Assembly (NCBI GenBank): GCA_022605425.2
Contig: CM061252.1
Coordinates: forward strand, 186,001 to 250,000
Origin: Hamiltosporidium tvaerminnensis FI-OER-3-3
Taxonomy: Eukaryota; Fungi; Microsporidia
DNA: 64,000 nt
Reading direction: 5' to 3'
The notes under the pieces were generated by a model that did no database searches, was not told where the DNA came from, and saw nothing but the letters and a program-made list of their open reading frames with translations. Shown here piece after piece: positions 12,668 to 25,659 of this stretch. Position numbers and translations under genes: made by a program. Position 1 is the stretch's first letter, and the number at the start of each line of letters is the position of its first letter.

Positions 12668-14329
12668 TTAATAGAATACTTTATTGATTGAAAAAATAAT
12701 ATTTTCTGTGTTTTTAAGTGAAAATTCATCATATGGATCGAAAATTTCAATCCTTTCTGTATTCATAATTTTACAAAATAAGTATTGAATAGGCTTGTAA
12801 TAATGTCTACTAAGAACTTGAATTGCAAAATTATCATAAAGTATTTCATTACCAAATTTTTCTACAATAACTGCTAGAATAATTAAAATAGATAGAATCA
12901 TCCTAATATCGCCATTCATAACAATATATTTCAAACTATTTATCATAACTTTTTTTCTGATTTTAATATCATTTTCATTCAAAAGAAAATTCAGTAATAT
13001 ATTAAGAATTTCAGGTACTTTTTCATAATTATTTATGATATTATTTCTAAAAACCATTGTAAAATATTCGCCTAGTTTTTTACTTTTTGTTTTATATAAA
13101 ATATGAATTAAATTTTTGATTGAATTACAATTTGAAAGTGATATTTCTAAGATAAAATCATCTTCTAAATCACTGTTTTCAAAATCTTTTTCTATTTTCT
13201 CATAGATTTCTATTCCCATATTTATATAACAACTCAATAGTTCCGATTTCTCTGTTTTATTATAGGTTGATATTTCAGAAAATATAATATTTAAGATCTT
13301 TCTAATTATGATACCTTCTTGTTCGTCGAATTTTAAATTTCTTATAATCTTTAATATTTTAACTCTTGCTTTTAAAACAGTATCACGTGAAAAATACTCA
13401 TAAATTTCATTTAAAATTTTATTTCGATTTTCTTTATTTTTATTCATTTTTACCAATTCTGTTAATTTATAACAAACAAAATGGGAAACTATTTTTTTAC
13501 CACCAATTTTGTTAACAAAAATCTTTATAAGCCCATCAACATGTATTTCATTTGTTAAAAGGTCATATACGATTTTAATGATTGAATTACTTATAAATTC
13601 ATTTTTTAATCCTTTTTCTAAAATCTTGAAAAATTTATTTGAATATTCTGTATTTTGTTGGAATAAATTTTTATTTGAAATCAGTAAATCTTTAAAATTC
13701 TTTATAACATACAAAATTATGCTATGTCTTTCATTTTCGCAAAATTCAAATAATTTTTGTAAATTTTCTTTATTATTTCCTCTGTTTTGAGTTATTAAAA
13801 GTGTCAGAAGATCTATTTTATTCTTGATAGTCCCTCTTTTAAGAATTTCCTTTTCTACTGAAGTTATATTCTTGAGTGATTTTTCCATTGTTTTATCATA
13901 ATTTATTTTTGTAATCGACTGATCTTTAATCATAAAATTGTTTTTACTTTCATAGTTGATTCTTTTGATTTCTTTGTTTGAATTGTCATTTAATTTTTTA
14001 AATTTTGAGTTTTTCGAAATATCTTTTTTATTTTTAAACATTTTATTTGAGATTTCATTTGTTTTATTTCTTGTTTTATTCTTTTGAATTTTGTGTTTTT
14101 TAAGTTTTGAGTTTTTTAATTCTTTTTTTTCCGTGTCGTTAATCTTAAAACGTTTCACTTTTTTATTTTCCAATATTTTTTCTTTCTCATCAGTTTTCTT
14201 ATTAAAAACACGAATTCTGGTTTTTGAATCCTTTTTCTCATTTAAATCGGATTTATTATTACGTTTAGACAATATTTTCTTATCTGCATGTTTAACCGAC
14301 ATGGGATGAAAATAATGGAATCTATTCAT
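12668..14329 (-). CDS. MAK21: Mak21/Noc1 (CBF/CEBPZ)-like ribosome biogenesis protein
   Basis: 553-aa ORF with a Lys-rich N-terminus. GTIKNKIDLLTLLI, FVNKIG and LSRHYY resemble Mak21 motifs GTxxDKIxALTL, LVNKLGD and LxxHYHP. Confidence 0.6.
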   Translation of the reverse strand: MNRFHYFHPMSVKHADKKILSKRNNKSDLNEKKDSKTRIRVFNKKTDEKEKILENKKVKRFKINDTEKKELKNSKLKKHKIQKNKTRNKTNEISNKMFKNKKDISKNSKFKKLNDNSNKEIKRINYESKNNFMIKDQSITKINYDKTMEKSLKNITSVEKEILKRGTIKNKIDLLTLLITQNRGNNKENLQKLFEFCENERHSIILYVIKNFKDLLISNKNLFQQNTEYSNKFFKILEKGLKNEFISNSIIKIVYDLLTNEIHVDGLIKIFVNKIGGKKIVSHFVCYKLTELVKMNKNKENRNKILNEIYEYFSRDTVLKARVKILKIIRNLKFDEQEGIIIRKILNIIFSEISTYNKTEKSELLSCYINMGIEIYEKIEKDFENSDLEDDFILEISLSNCNSIKNLIHILYKTKSKKLGEYFTMVFRNNIINNYEKVPEILNILLNFLLNENDIKIRKKVMINSLKYIVMNGDIRMILSILIILAVIVEKFGNEILYDNFAIQVLSRHYYKPIQYLFCKIMNTERIEIFDPYDEFSLKNTENIIFSINKVFY

Positions 14330-16048
14330 AATTATATTCTAAATTCATAAATTAATTACGTAAAAAAATGGAAAAATATTTAAGCATTTAAAACACAAAT
14401 ATATAGATTTATAAAAGTTTTTATAAAATAAATTTTTAATTTTTTAGAAATTATAGTTGAAACTCATAAGAAATATTCTGAATATTTCAAGTTTTAGTAT
14501 CATTAAATTCTTAAATTTTATTTGATAGCTATTGAAATAATAGTTTAAAGTCAAGTAAATATTCTGAATATTTCAAGTTTTTGTATCATTAAATTCTTTT
14601 TTTTCGATATTGGTTTTACCAGTCAAATATACAAGTTGTACTGCTTCAAATTATATGTATGACCTGTATTTGAATATATTAAATTACATTTCTTCTAAAA
14701 ACCAAATGAAACATAAAATATATTCATATTTTAATTATTTCAATTTCTAATTTAAATTAGGAAACGGGCAAATACACAAATATTTTAAAAAATCTTCTTG
14801 TATGTAATATTTATGATTTATTTAATATTTTGTTTTTTTAGATTTTTAATTTCAAAGTATAAAGATAAAAAAAAATTTAAATACAAAAAAAAAGGCACAA
14901 AACTGTTTATTTGATACAATTCTATATCGAATGCACTTCTTGTGGATTAATAAATGTAATTAAATTGTTTTTAAAATTTATAAATTCTATGTTTGAACTT
15001 TCCAAAATCTTTGATTCTGTTTTTAATATCATTTAAAACAATTTTTGCTGGTTTTCTGAAAGAATTTTTGGCAATTAAAATTTTAAAATATATTTTTTTT
15101 CTGAAAGTTTTCAATTTTTATTATATCTGCAGCTTTCAAAGTTAATCTAAAAAAATATGTATTTCTAAAAAAAGTGTTTTTACAATCATCTTATTGCCGC
15201 AAATATATATTAAATACGCTTTTTGAAAAAATATACATATTTATAAATATATTTTATTTGCATATACTAAGCTTAATTTTTTTAAAAAAAATTATAACAT
15301 TTAAGTAGCTCTGAAATATTTGAATTGCTTTAATGATCGTCATTTATTTAAAATTTTTAACTTTTACCTTATATTAGCAATTAAATAGTCCAACTCAGTC
15401 AATAAAAAAGTTTAAATCTCAATATTCTTTTTATCTAATATGACTAAAAAATTATTTAAAAATAATTCATTCAAATTCCATAACAATATACGATTATATA
15501 AGTATTATTTCTTGAAATTATAAGAATTGCTATAGTTATAATAAAAAACTATAAAATACGTCTAACGGATTTTTTTTGACTTTTAATATAATTCATGGTG
15601 TTTTCAACTATTCAAATCAAATTATGGATATTTTATCAATTTTTTTCAAAGCAAAAATTGAATGATAGTCTAATTTAGAATTATTTCAAGATATTTATTA
15701 AAAATTCGGAATTATATAACGAGTTGTGGTTTTGTTTTTCCCAAATTATATATTTGTATATTTTAATAATTAAAGTTATTGTATATTATTTATGAGATTG
15801 TGTTAATAATTAATTCTTAAATTTTTTACGGGAAATAATATTATCTCTTTAGTAAATTTATTCAAAAATAATTTTGGCTTTAATATGAAAAAAAAAGTTA
15901 CTTTAATCATTCAAAGCAAAATGCTGTGGATAACAATATTTTTTTATAAAATATACATTTGAATTGAAGAATTGGAAATGAAATTAAGATAAAAAAACAA
16001 TTTAATTTAATTATTGCCACTAAATTCTTTGCTTTGGGCAATTTGTTT

Positions 16049-16759
16049 CTATCTTCTTGTACACGTTTCGTAATTTGATCGATATCTAGGATCTCCAGAT
16101 CCATGATTGTTATAATTCCCGGAAGAATCATTTCTGTGGTCATTTGATGGCTCCTCGCTAAGTCTTTCGATCTCAAAATATTCTGATAAATCTATTTCAT
16201 TTTTACATTCTAAAGCATTAAGATAATATCCCTCCGTAGTTCTTCTAGAATCATAATTTGTTTTAGTCAAACATAATGGCGTGTTAGTATTAAGCATAAA
16301 TCTGTAGCCTTTAAGTGTCATTATGATCTCCCAATCCGAAAAATGTGTGTCTCCGTCACAAAGAACAATTCCCGGATCGTTTTCTTTTTTACACAGATAT
16401 TTATTGTTTAATACAATTTTAACTCTATCTATAACTGAAGATTCTTTAAAATTTATTATATCTGCTAGATTTTGATTAATAAATAATTCTTTATCATTCT
16501 TCAACCGAACAATACTATTTTCTGCAGTTAAAACCAAATTTCTATTATTTTCTAAAAGAATTCTATGTCTTCCTTCTAACAAAGAGTATGAAAGTACAGC
16601 AAGAAATAAAAATAATAACGTTCGAATTTTATTACGTTGAATGACAAACTTCTTCATGCAATTAAATTTTTTTAAAGTCAACATTTTTATCGATATTTTA
16701 TCTGAAACATTAAACAGAGAATTGATAAATGATTTTATACAGATAAAACAAACATTCAT
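16049..16759 (-). CDS. Secreted ricin-B-lectin-like protein (true start probably the downstream MKKF...)
   Basis: Hydrophobic signal (LLFLFLAVLSYSL), then KYLCKK...GIVLCD...DWEI...GYRF...LCLT...LECK, the Cys/Trp spacing of microsporidian ricin-B lectins. Confidence 0.7.
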   Translation of the reverse strand: MNVCFICIKSFINSLFNVSDKISIKMLTLKKFNCMKKFVIQRNKIRTLLFLFLAVLSYSLLEGRHRILLENNRNLVLTAENSIVRLKNDKELFINQNLADIINFKESSVIDRVKIVLNNKYLCKKENDPGIVLCDGDTHFSDWEIIMTLKGYRFMLNTNTPLCLTKTNYDSRRTTEGYYLNALECKNEIDLSEYFEIERLSEEPSNDHRNDSSGNYNNHGSGDPRYRSNYETCTRR

Positions 16760-16850
16760 TTTTTAACCACTTTATCGTTTATAATATTTTTTATCAAATA
16801 TTTTTTTTATAATTCAGATTTATCCCAGATATAATTATCACTTTGAAATT

Positions 16851-17025
16851 ATATATTTATAGAGTGAATAAACAGATTGATTATCACTGGATGGATGTAA
16901 AAATGTAAATACACGATTGATTAATTTTAAAATATATTTATAGATTAAATAAACAGATTGATTATCATTGGATGGATGTAAAAATGTAAATACACGATTA
17001 ATTAATTTTAAAATATATTTATAGA
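16851..17025. repeat. 81-bp tandem duplication (about 2.1 copies)
   Basis: tggatggatgtaaaaatgtaaatacacg occurs at 16888 and 16969. Confidence 0.9.
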
Positions 17026-18620
17026 TTTGTACTATTAAAACTATTTTAATGGGAGGAAAATCTTGAAACAACGCAATTAATATCTTAGGTTATAAATTTA
17101 GATATTTAATTCAGTATAAAATTACAATTTCGGGTAAAATTTTAAATCTATGTATACGATCTCGAAAAATTTTAACCTTTACATTTTCAACAAAATAATT
17201 TCATCTTACTAAGAAACTACTGACATGTGTTTATTCAATTTCTTATCTTTCATCATAAACGAATTATCTTTCTTCAAAACATATCGAAAAATATTATTGT
17301 ATTAAGTTAAAAAGGTATTATGATAAATTTTTTGAACTGTGAACACTAAAGATTTGATGTTATATAATCTTCATAACTAAAGTATAAATTTTAGACAAAT
17401 TCAAAATATTTATAATTTTTAATTTGACAAATTTAAGTTTTTACAAGCAACAATCTATATCCATAACCAATTTAATTTAAATAATTTTGATTAGATACTG
17501 ATATTGTTTATATCACAAACTATAAAAATTTCTTTTATATCTTAAATTTGATCTTTTCTAGAAAAAAAATCTATTTTCAATTCAAAAAGGGTACCATAAT
17601 GGATAAAAACAATTCTCTTATTTCCAAAAACAACTAAAGTATATATAATAACGGAAAGGTGAGCAAAAGGCTATCTCCTTGTTAGAGAAGTACTTATAAC
17701 TTAGCTACCTTCCATAAATGTATGGCGGGTATCAAAATTAAAGAGTTCTTTATAGAAATATGTGTTGTTCTTAGTATGATATTTATAGGTTCAACTTTTT
17801 TCTCCCAGATCTTCAGATCTTATTCTCTATTATAAATCATCAAAAGTTTTTGATTTTTTTTGATGTAATATATTTCTTATTGATAATAAACAATTCAACT
17901 TTTTAATTGCATTAAAAATTGAATACTTTATTGAAATAAGATTATTGCGATACAATTTTTTATAAAAATATAATTTAAAAATAAAAATCTTATTTTGAAC
18001 TTTTTTGAAGACAAATTAACGGATAATATTAATCAAATATATGTAGATTATACGAACACTAGATAAGACAGAAAATAAATTGGTTTATTTTTACAAACTC
18101 TATATGTTTTGAATCTATAGTTTGAAAATATTATGACATTGTATATTGTTTAAAAGATATATTTTTCGTAATTTATATTGATCTAACGGCATTATTTCCC
18201 TTCAAAACATATGTTTGTGATAAAAGTGATCTTTTGCGTGTTTATAGTATATTTATCCTAGCAAATCTTATAATAAAAATATTTATAGATTATAATTGTA
18301 TAGAATGTGTTTAAATGGTTTGAAAATATTCGTTGTACGCAATATACATTCAAAAAAACATAAAATTTAGAATTAAAACCCTTAGTATGACGTAAAATAT
18401 AACTTTATCCTTAGTACTATAATCGAAATATGCTAAAAAAAAATGGGAAGAACTGAATATATAATACAGTTTAAGGATACGAGACTTCATTAAAAACGAG
18501 ATTTGATTCGATCTATAGTTATATTAAAACTAGACAAATTTGCACTATATTTCAATATTTCAGATTGAAAATATCATTTACAAAAAATCGATATATATTC
18601 GAAATTATTTTAGAACTCAG

Positions 18621-19082
18621 ATGGGTTCGATTCAAAATTACTTTGAAATCTTCAAAATAAAACCTTCATTTGATATTCAACCAACTATTCTGCAGTCTAA
18701 ATATCACGAGTTATGTAAAATATACCATCCAGATATATCTTCAGATTTAAATATCAAAGATGGAGATTTAAATATTGCACTTATCAATAATGCATACAAA
18801 ACACTTTTAAACGATTATAAACGTGCAGTTTATCTTTATAAATTAAACGGTAACCATTTAAATAAAAATCTTTCACCCGATTTTCTAAATGAAATTTTAT
18901 TTACCAATGAAACTATTGATATGACTACCAACATTGATGTATTGAATAAATTAAAAGAAAATACAGTTTTAAAAATAAATGAATGTAAAAACAAATATAA
19001 TGACTCAAATTCTTTAATAAAATGGAAATACTATGATAGAATGCTAAAAAATATAAGCAACAAGATAGAAATGTTAATGTAG
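18621..19082 (+). CDS. JAC1: Fe-S cluster co-chaperone HscB/Jac1 (mitosomal ISC J-protein)
   Basis: NYFEIFKIKPSFDI...YHPD...INNAYKTLLNDYKRAVYL is an HscB-type J domain followed by a helical C-terminal domain. First ATG is at 18621. Confidence 0.85.
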   Translation: MGSIQNYFEIFKIKPSFDIQPTILQSKYHELCKIYHPDISSDLNIKDGDLNIALINNAYKTLLNDYKRAVYLYKLNGNHLNKNLSPDFLNEILFTNETIDMTTNIDVLNKLKENTVLKINECKNKYNDSNSLIKWKYYDRMLKNISNKIEMLM

Positions 19083-19390
19083 TTTTTTTGGTTTATTATA
19101 GAAAAGATATTTTTATTGTTCTAATAAATATCTCCGAATTTTTTATATTCTATTTTACAAAAATCTATGAATGGTAATTTATTTGTTATCTTAATAAAAA
19201 AATTTAAAATCTAACTTTAAAAAAGACTAGAGATAAATTTTAAATAGTTTAATTTATAAGATTTTGCTGTAATAGATTTCACTTTTACTTTGATTTTATC
19301 AAGATTTGTTTTGAAATCTAAAAAATATTATTTTTTTAATAAAAGTTCTTTTTTCTATTTATTTTGCTTTTTTAATCCTTATATTATTCA

Positions 19391-19930
19391 ATGAATACTT
19401 CACTTTTAAAAAATGGCGAATTATTTACTTCACAATATGAAAGAGAACTATTGAATAAAATTGAGCAAATAACTAGAAGCGAAGAATCATCTCATATATC
19501 TAATATTAAAACAATGAAAAATAGTTTAATAGATTTGAAGCGTTCTAATTCATTTATCGAAACAGAAATAGAAAATCTCAAACTTCAGAAAATGAAAGAA
19601 GAAAATTCTTACATGAAATTAAACCAGGAAATATCTTCTCTATCTAAAGAGTTATTTATGAGTGAAGAAAAAAATGAAAATCTTGAATTGGAGTTGATAG
19701 AATTAACCAATGAAATTAAAAACAAAACAGCATATTATAAAAGTATTCAATATCCAACATCAAATAGCTTGTTTATTGAAATTTTTAGGAAATTTCATAT
19801 CGAATGGAAAAATGATAAAAATATTATTTGTACTATTAAAAATAAAAAATTAAATGATGTATTTACAATCTTTCATGATGATAACAAAACAGAAAAAGAA
19901 ATTAATGATTTGTTATGGAAACATTTATAA
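19391..19930 (+). CDS. SPC24: Kinetochore Ndc80-complex subunit Spc24-like
   Basis: About 120 aa of coiled coil, then a short RWD-like C-terminus (IFRKFHIEW...DVFTI...INDLLWKHL) ending in the Spc24-type LW motif. Confidence 0.65.
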   Translation: MNTSLLKNGELFTSQYERELLNKIEQITRSEESSHISNIKTMKNSLIDLKRSNSFIETEIENLKLQKMKEENSYMKLNQEISSLSKELFMSEEKNENLELELIELTNEIKNKTAYYKSIQYPTSNSLFIEIFRKFHIEWKNDKNIICTIKNKKLNDVFTIFHDDNKTEKEINDLLWKHL

Positions 19931-20107
19931 AAATAAACAGTATCATTGAATTTAATTTAATTCATAATTTTCTTTAAAAATATGATTAAATATTTAACTT
20001 AAGAAATCTCAATTATTTGTAAAATATATAATTTAGATCTTAGTTTCGTTTTAATTCAACCAAACAAATCTAAATTATTCTACTTAAAGCTACCATTTAA
20101 AGTTTAA

Positions 20108-20820
20108 GGTAATAAGAGCAGAGGGTGCGGCCACTAAACATTATCTGTTTAGCAATGAATATGTAAAATGAATAGGAAAATCAATCTTGAAATATTGATT
20201 AATGATAACCACATCTTATTCTCCATTGTTATATTGGCAATTGTATAGGGTGGAGGAAGTCTACGAAAAGGTGTTTTTTTACATTGTTAATTTGTAATTT
20301 TTTTTGCACTAGATCGTAAAATATTTTGAGTTTTAATTTAATTCCCAGGTAAAAGCTTTGAATTTTAGCCTTGCTTACTAAAGTTAGAGGACAGTTCGTT
20401 TGAAAGAAACAAAAACAAAAAAAATTATATGCAAGAATGCTAATTTGCAGTCATATCTGTTAGTGTAGCATCGCAGCATCTAGATATATCCCTTTAGGAC
20501 ACCTGATTTGTCATAAAAGAAACTCTAATTTGTTAGAAAAATATAGATTAATTTGGAATGCTGCTGGTCTTGGGGTAACTTATAGTAGTTTCGACTTGAG
20601 ATCACATATCATTCAACGGAATATGTAAATAAGGGCAACTTCTCTGCTCATTGATGAATTTTAAATATTTTTTGTATGAAAAACCTTGGTATATATTGTA
20701 GAGTATACAATTGAAGAGAAGGGAGCAGTTATCAATGTTAAAGCTCGAACTGCGGTAATATTTTTCAAGCAAAAATATATTCCGCTTTTTTAAAATAATG
20801 TGATATTAATTAAGTAAAAA
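20108..20820 (+). repeat. Dispersed family type B, diverged copy
   Basis: Head attatctgtttagcaatgaatatgt; internal gtaaaagc...ttag, ttcgact, gatcaca, caacgga and gaactgcg blocks; end tgtgatatt. Confidence 0.75.
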
Positions 20821-21276
20821 TTACTAGATTTAAATCTATTTAATCATATAGATCTGTTATTTGGTAAAATTAAAATTGAATTGGAACAATATGATTCCAA
20901 TATTTCCAGCTGAAAATTTTGTTTAGTTTTTAAAAAAAATATAAATCTATAAAAAAGAATTCATCGTTCGATGCTTGAATTTGGCGCAGCATTATTTTAT
21001 ACTATAATCCTTTCCTAAAAACGAAGTTTATAATAAAATCTGATTCATAATTATAAGTAGATTGATATTCGATATTATTGAATAGATTTAATAGAATTTA
21101 TAAGCTGAGTATCTTAAATTAAAAACATATCGTATACTTTTAATGAATGATTTCAGATTAATGTTTGAAATCTACCAATTTCTTTCTTAGCTAGCCATAG
21201 GCTAAGATGCGGCCAAAAAAAACACACCAAATATTTTAAAATAATTTTAAAATTATAAATAGTTGTGTAGAAGTAT

Positions 21277-24200
21277 ATTATGGGTAGAAAGAAAAATGTT
21301 AGCAGCGAAATATCGAATAATACCAAAATAAAGGCTGCAAACGACGCTGATGAGGTGAAAAAGAGTGATAGTGAGATACAAAAATGTAAGCTACACCCAC
21401 CGGCGACTCCCCTACCTTCCTCCTCCTACACAACAATAACACATCCACCACCAAGCCAAACATGCAGTAAAATGCAAAATAGTGGGCTTGACACCTTACC
21501 TTCGCCTAATGCACCAGTTCCCTCTTCGGTTGAAGTCTCTGCGTGCGAGCCATCGTACGACATGACAAGCCCCTGTACTCTAGCTATTCCGGAAGGTAAC
21601 AGGCTAATGGCATTGCGGACGATATTCGATTCCGTAACAGCCGACCCGAAGGAATGGCCTCGAATTGTTTTTTTTGCAGTACAGACAAGGTTTGAAAGAA
21701 TGCCAAGAAATGGCTGGACAGAGCTTCACAGGTACTATAATGAGAAATTCGGTTGCACTGAAACTCTCGAAGTGTTAAAAAAATTGGCACAAAGTGAGAT
21801 GGGAAAGGATGTAAAATCAGAAGAGAATGGAGAGCGACGTAGAATCGCCACTTGTCTCGCTGATACATGCACCTTGACCGACACCACGGAGTACATAAAC
21901 CTGAGAGATAAATTCTTGAGTAAAATCAAAGAAATCTCTGAGAACGAAATTGGAAAAGTGGTGGTCCGAACTAGAAAACATCCAAATGAATTGGTTGATA
22001 GTAAAGTTCTGGATCTCATAAATCGAGTAGTCGGTGAATATGCAGGAGCTCATGTACCTGAGTCAATTACGGAAGCCGCGTATATCATGCAAGCTGCGCA
22101 GGTATGCTATGACGAGGCAACACGTAAAGAGAAGCCTAGATCCGCTTGGAAGGAAAACATAGAAAGTAAAATTTCTAAGTTAGTACTTTCCAAAGATCTC
22201 CTCGAGAAAGCTCGTAAGCAGGAAAAGCTCTCCACTTCGGAAACGAAGAGCCTTAAGAAAATCATGCGAGAGTTTAATTTAAACTTGAGCAGCGTAACTG
22301 ATCTTTCTGAGGCTTTAGTTAAGAAGAATGAGTCTTTGAATGTTTACGAGAAAAAAATTACGATGCATGAAAGTAGGAAGCAATTCCGAAAAGAGAATCG
22401 TATGTTTGAGATTTTCCGAGGTCGATTTTATCGTGTGTTATCTGAGCGTGTGGAATCCGAGCATGTGGTTAGTCGTGATGAAATTGTGAGTTTTTGGTCT
22501 ACAATTTAGAACAAAAATGATGACACAGTCACGTACGATAGTTATTTGATTCCATTTGTATCAGATAATCATCCGACCACGTTTCCTTCACTTGATGAAT
22601 TTGCATAGATCATTAATTGGCTCCCCAATTGGAAAGCATCTGGAATTGATGGTATTTACAATTTTTTTATTTTGAAACTTACAACTCTTCACAAATATAT
22701 TTATGATATTGTGAAAGTTATATGTTTAGAAGGAACACCTCAAGCTAATTGGTTTTACTGCAGGCTTAACTATTTGATACCCAAAGGAATTCCACAAAGA
22801 GGCTCGGACTACAAGCCAATCACTTGTATGTCCAACCTCTATAAGTTAACGATCCAGTGTGTAACGAAGGTCATTCAACTTGAAGTGAAAAGGCGAGGGT
22901 TGCTTGCAGAGAACCAATTAGGGGCGGTAAGAGGTGTGCAGGGAGCGAAAGAGCAGGCTCTACTGAATATAGCCTTAAATAAAGAGTACGGAAACAATCT
23001 TAAGGCAACATGGATTGATGTTAAAAAAGCTTATGATTCAATAGATCATGCTTATTTAACTCAATGCATTGAAAACCTTAATTTACCTGATTGGATCCTG
23101 AAATTTATTAAGGTAATTATATCAAAATGGAAAATTGATATATCAGTAGGGCCTGAAAAAATCATGAGCAAGAAGATTGATAGAGGGATTCTACAAGGAG
23201 ATAGTCTGTCTCCTTTGTTATTTGTGTTGTGTATGGATCCATTAAGCCGAAAGCTTAATGAAAAATACACAAAAGTGACAGTACAAACAGATGCAGAATC
23301 CCATTCTACTAATCATCTCTTGTTTATTGATGATCTTAAGCTCCTTGCAAAAGACAGCTCCACATTGAGTGCTATGACAGGCGAGGCAAAGGAATTTTTA
23401 GAGGTGATTGGCTTAGAGATTAACAAAGAGAAGTCAGCCACAAATGATACGTGTTGTGAAGATACTGCTACTCTTCTAGAAGGTGTTAGTGTTTACAAAT
23501 ATTTAGGAATAATAGAAGATAGCAGAGGAATCCCAACACGTAGCTCATTTGAAGAAGTACAGAGCAAACTTATATCAAGAGTTGAAAGACTTTGTCACAC
23601 TAGATTAAATGCAAAAAATTTATTTTCTGCAATCAATCAACATGCGATATCGTTAATCAACTACCACATAGGAGTACTTCGACTTGAACTGGCTGACTTC
23701 TCTAAGTTAGATGAGGCAGTGCGTGCGGTGTTGGTTAAAAATAAGATACATCTCCGCCCAGGATGTAAAGAGCGGTTGTATCTTCCTAGAACAGAACTTG
23801 GAAGAGGTCTACATAGTGTTGAGTTGCGAAGCGAACATATGCTTCTGCAACTCTTGGATTGTCTGGAAAAAAGTAAAGAAATATCAACTAGACGAGCAGC
23901 AATCCTCAAGGTGGAGAACAATAATAAATCCCATCTTGCACTAATAAAAGGCTTCTTAAAAGTAAAGTACAGGTTGGTAGAAGAAGTCACTAAGAAAAGT
24001 TTAGAAGAAGCTCAACTTGCAAAACTATATAACGAAATAGAAAAACGAAAACTCCATTCAAAGTTATATAATGCAAGGAAAAATGAGCTTGTGAGTGTTA
24101 GTGACTCTTCAAGATGGCTAAAGAGAGGAAATATTAGGCCACGGAATGAAGCTGTGTTCTGCTATATCCAGGATAGAAATGTATTCTGGGGAGCAGATGG

Positions 24201-25089
24201 TGTGTGTCAACATTGCGGGAAGTCTGGTAAGACTGTGGATCATCTAGCAACTAGATGTGAAAAAATGCTAGGCCATGATTACACTAGACGGCATAATGAA
24301 GTGGTTAGATGCCTACACCTTCTCCTTCTAAATAGATATAAGTTTAAGTCTTCAAAACGAATAAGGAGCCACTCAGTTCAAGAAATTCTTGATAATGAGT
24401 ATGCAGAGATAAGAGTGGACACCAGAATTAAAACTGATGTTAAAATTCGGAATAACAGACCGGACATATTTATTTTAGATAAGAAGAAGAAAAAGATAAC
24501 ACTCATTGAAGTAGGAATCACTTCCCAAGATTCACTTCAAATAGTTGAAACTGAAAAACTTAGGAAGTATGACCTGCTAGCCAATGAGTTGGGTCTTATT
24601 TATAAGTGTGGTGTTGAGATAATCCCTTATGTGATGACCTGGGACGGTATTGTGACAAAATACCATAAATCTCATCTTAAAAGACTAGAAATACCCATGA
24701 ATGTAGAAGCATACATTCAGTCTATAGTACTTAAAAAGACAGTCGAAACTATTTCCTTTGATCGACGAAGAGGACTTGAATCAGGACTAAATGCCGAAGA
24801 GAGCTGGGAGAGAGCGTCAATGGGTATTATTATGAGATCAGAGATGCATGAGGAACCAATACCCCCTTTAAAAGAAGCGAAAACAGAGGAAGATGGTTCA
24901 AAAAATTTTAAACCAAAATATAAAGCCCCCTTTATTTTACAAGGAGGAACCACTTTAGAGGAACCGACCAATAACATAAATGAAGAGTCGGATTTGGAAG
25001 AAGAGACAAAAGTGGTCAAAGAGGTAGAAGAAAACATGTAAAAATGGTAAAAAATATTTTAACCCAGAATTTTATTAAATAAAAAAAAA
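21277..25089 (+). mobile_element. Non-LTR retrotransposon, RT + restriction-like endonuclease (R4/Dong-like), apparently full length
   Basis: 12-bp TSD gtgtagaagtat at 21265-21276 and 25090-25101, an A9 tail, and a single reading frame 21280-25041. Confidence 0.95.
21280..25041 (+). pseudogene. RT-REL polyprotein (about 1250 codons) with two premature TAG stops (22507, 22606)
   Basis: RT motifs WIDVKKAYDS, GILQGDSLSPLLF and LFIDD; CQHC...H....C zinc knuckle; RHN; RPD...IE...K..KY endonuclease. The two stops are sense codons in the 47-50 kb copy. Confidence 0.93.
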
Positions 25090-25659
25090 GTGTAGAAGTA
25101 TTTTAGAAATAATTGAAACCCGCGTGGTTCTAGGTTTGTTAAAATTCATAATTGAGATATTTAAATGTTCACCTGTTATAAACATTATTTATAAACAAAC
25201 TATTTATTATATCAAAAGCTATTATATATAATATAAAATGATTTCGTATCTGATTAAAAAATAATTTTAGTTTGGTATCTTTCTTTTACTTTATATTTTT
25301 TTGGCGGTTTTTATCTTTTATATTTGTATTTGATTTAGAAACCTTTTTAGTCGTTCTATAGATAATATCGACTTATATTATTGTGTTTTCTGAAATGCAT
25401 TATTTTCTAGTATATGTATCAAGAAAAATATATCTTGTTCTTAAATAGCGATTTTTCCCTCGATCCATTCCTTTCCTAGCTACCTTTCAAATGTAGTTTC
25501 TCATTTAATCGTATTATATTAAAAAAAGGCTCAAATTTTTTAGAATACTATTCTTTTGGTATATATTCTACAGCAATTTAAAGAGTTTTTTTAGAATAAA
25601 TATTAATTTATTAGACTACTAGAACTACTATCAATACATCTACAATTTATACTCGTTTT

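Noticed and set aside
21190-21276. U2 snRNA-like words (ggctaagat, gtgtag) at the retroelement target, suggesting Utopia-like targeting
   Set aside because: Spacing and sequence do not match U2, and the other two insertions have unrelated targets.
21584-25037. Short antisense or overlapping ORFs within the retroelements (also 47516-49578)
   Set aside because: Shadow ORFs of the RT frame. They recur only because the copies are near-identical.
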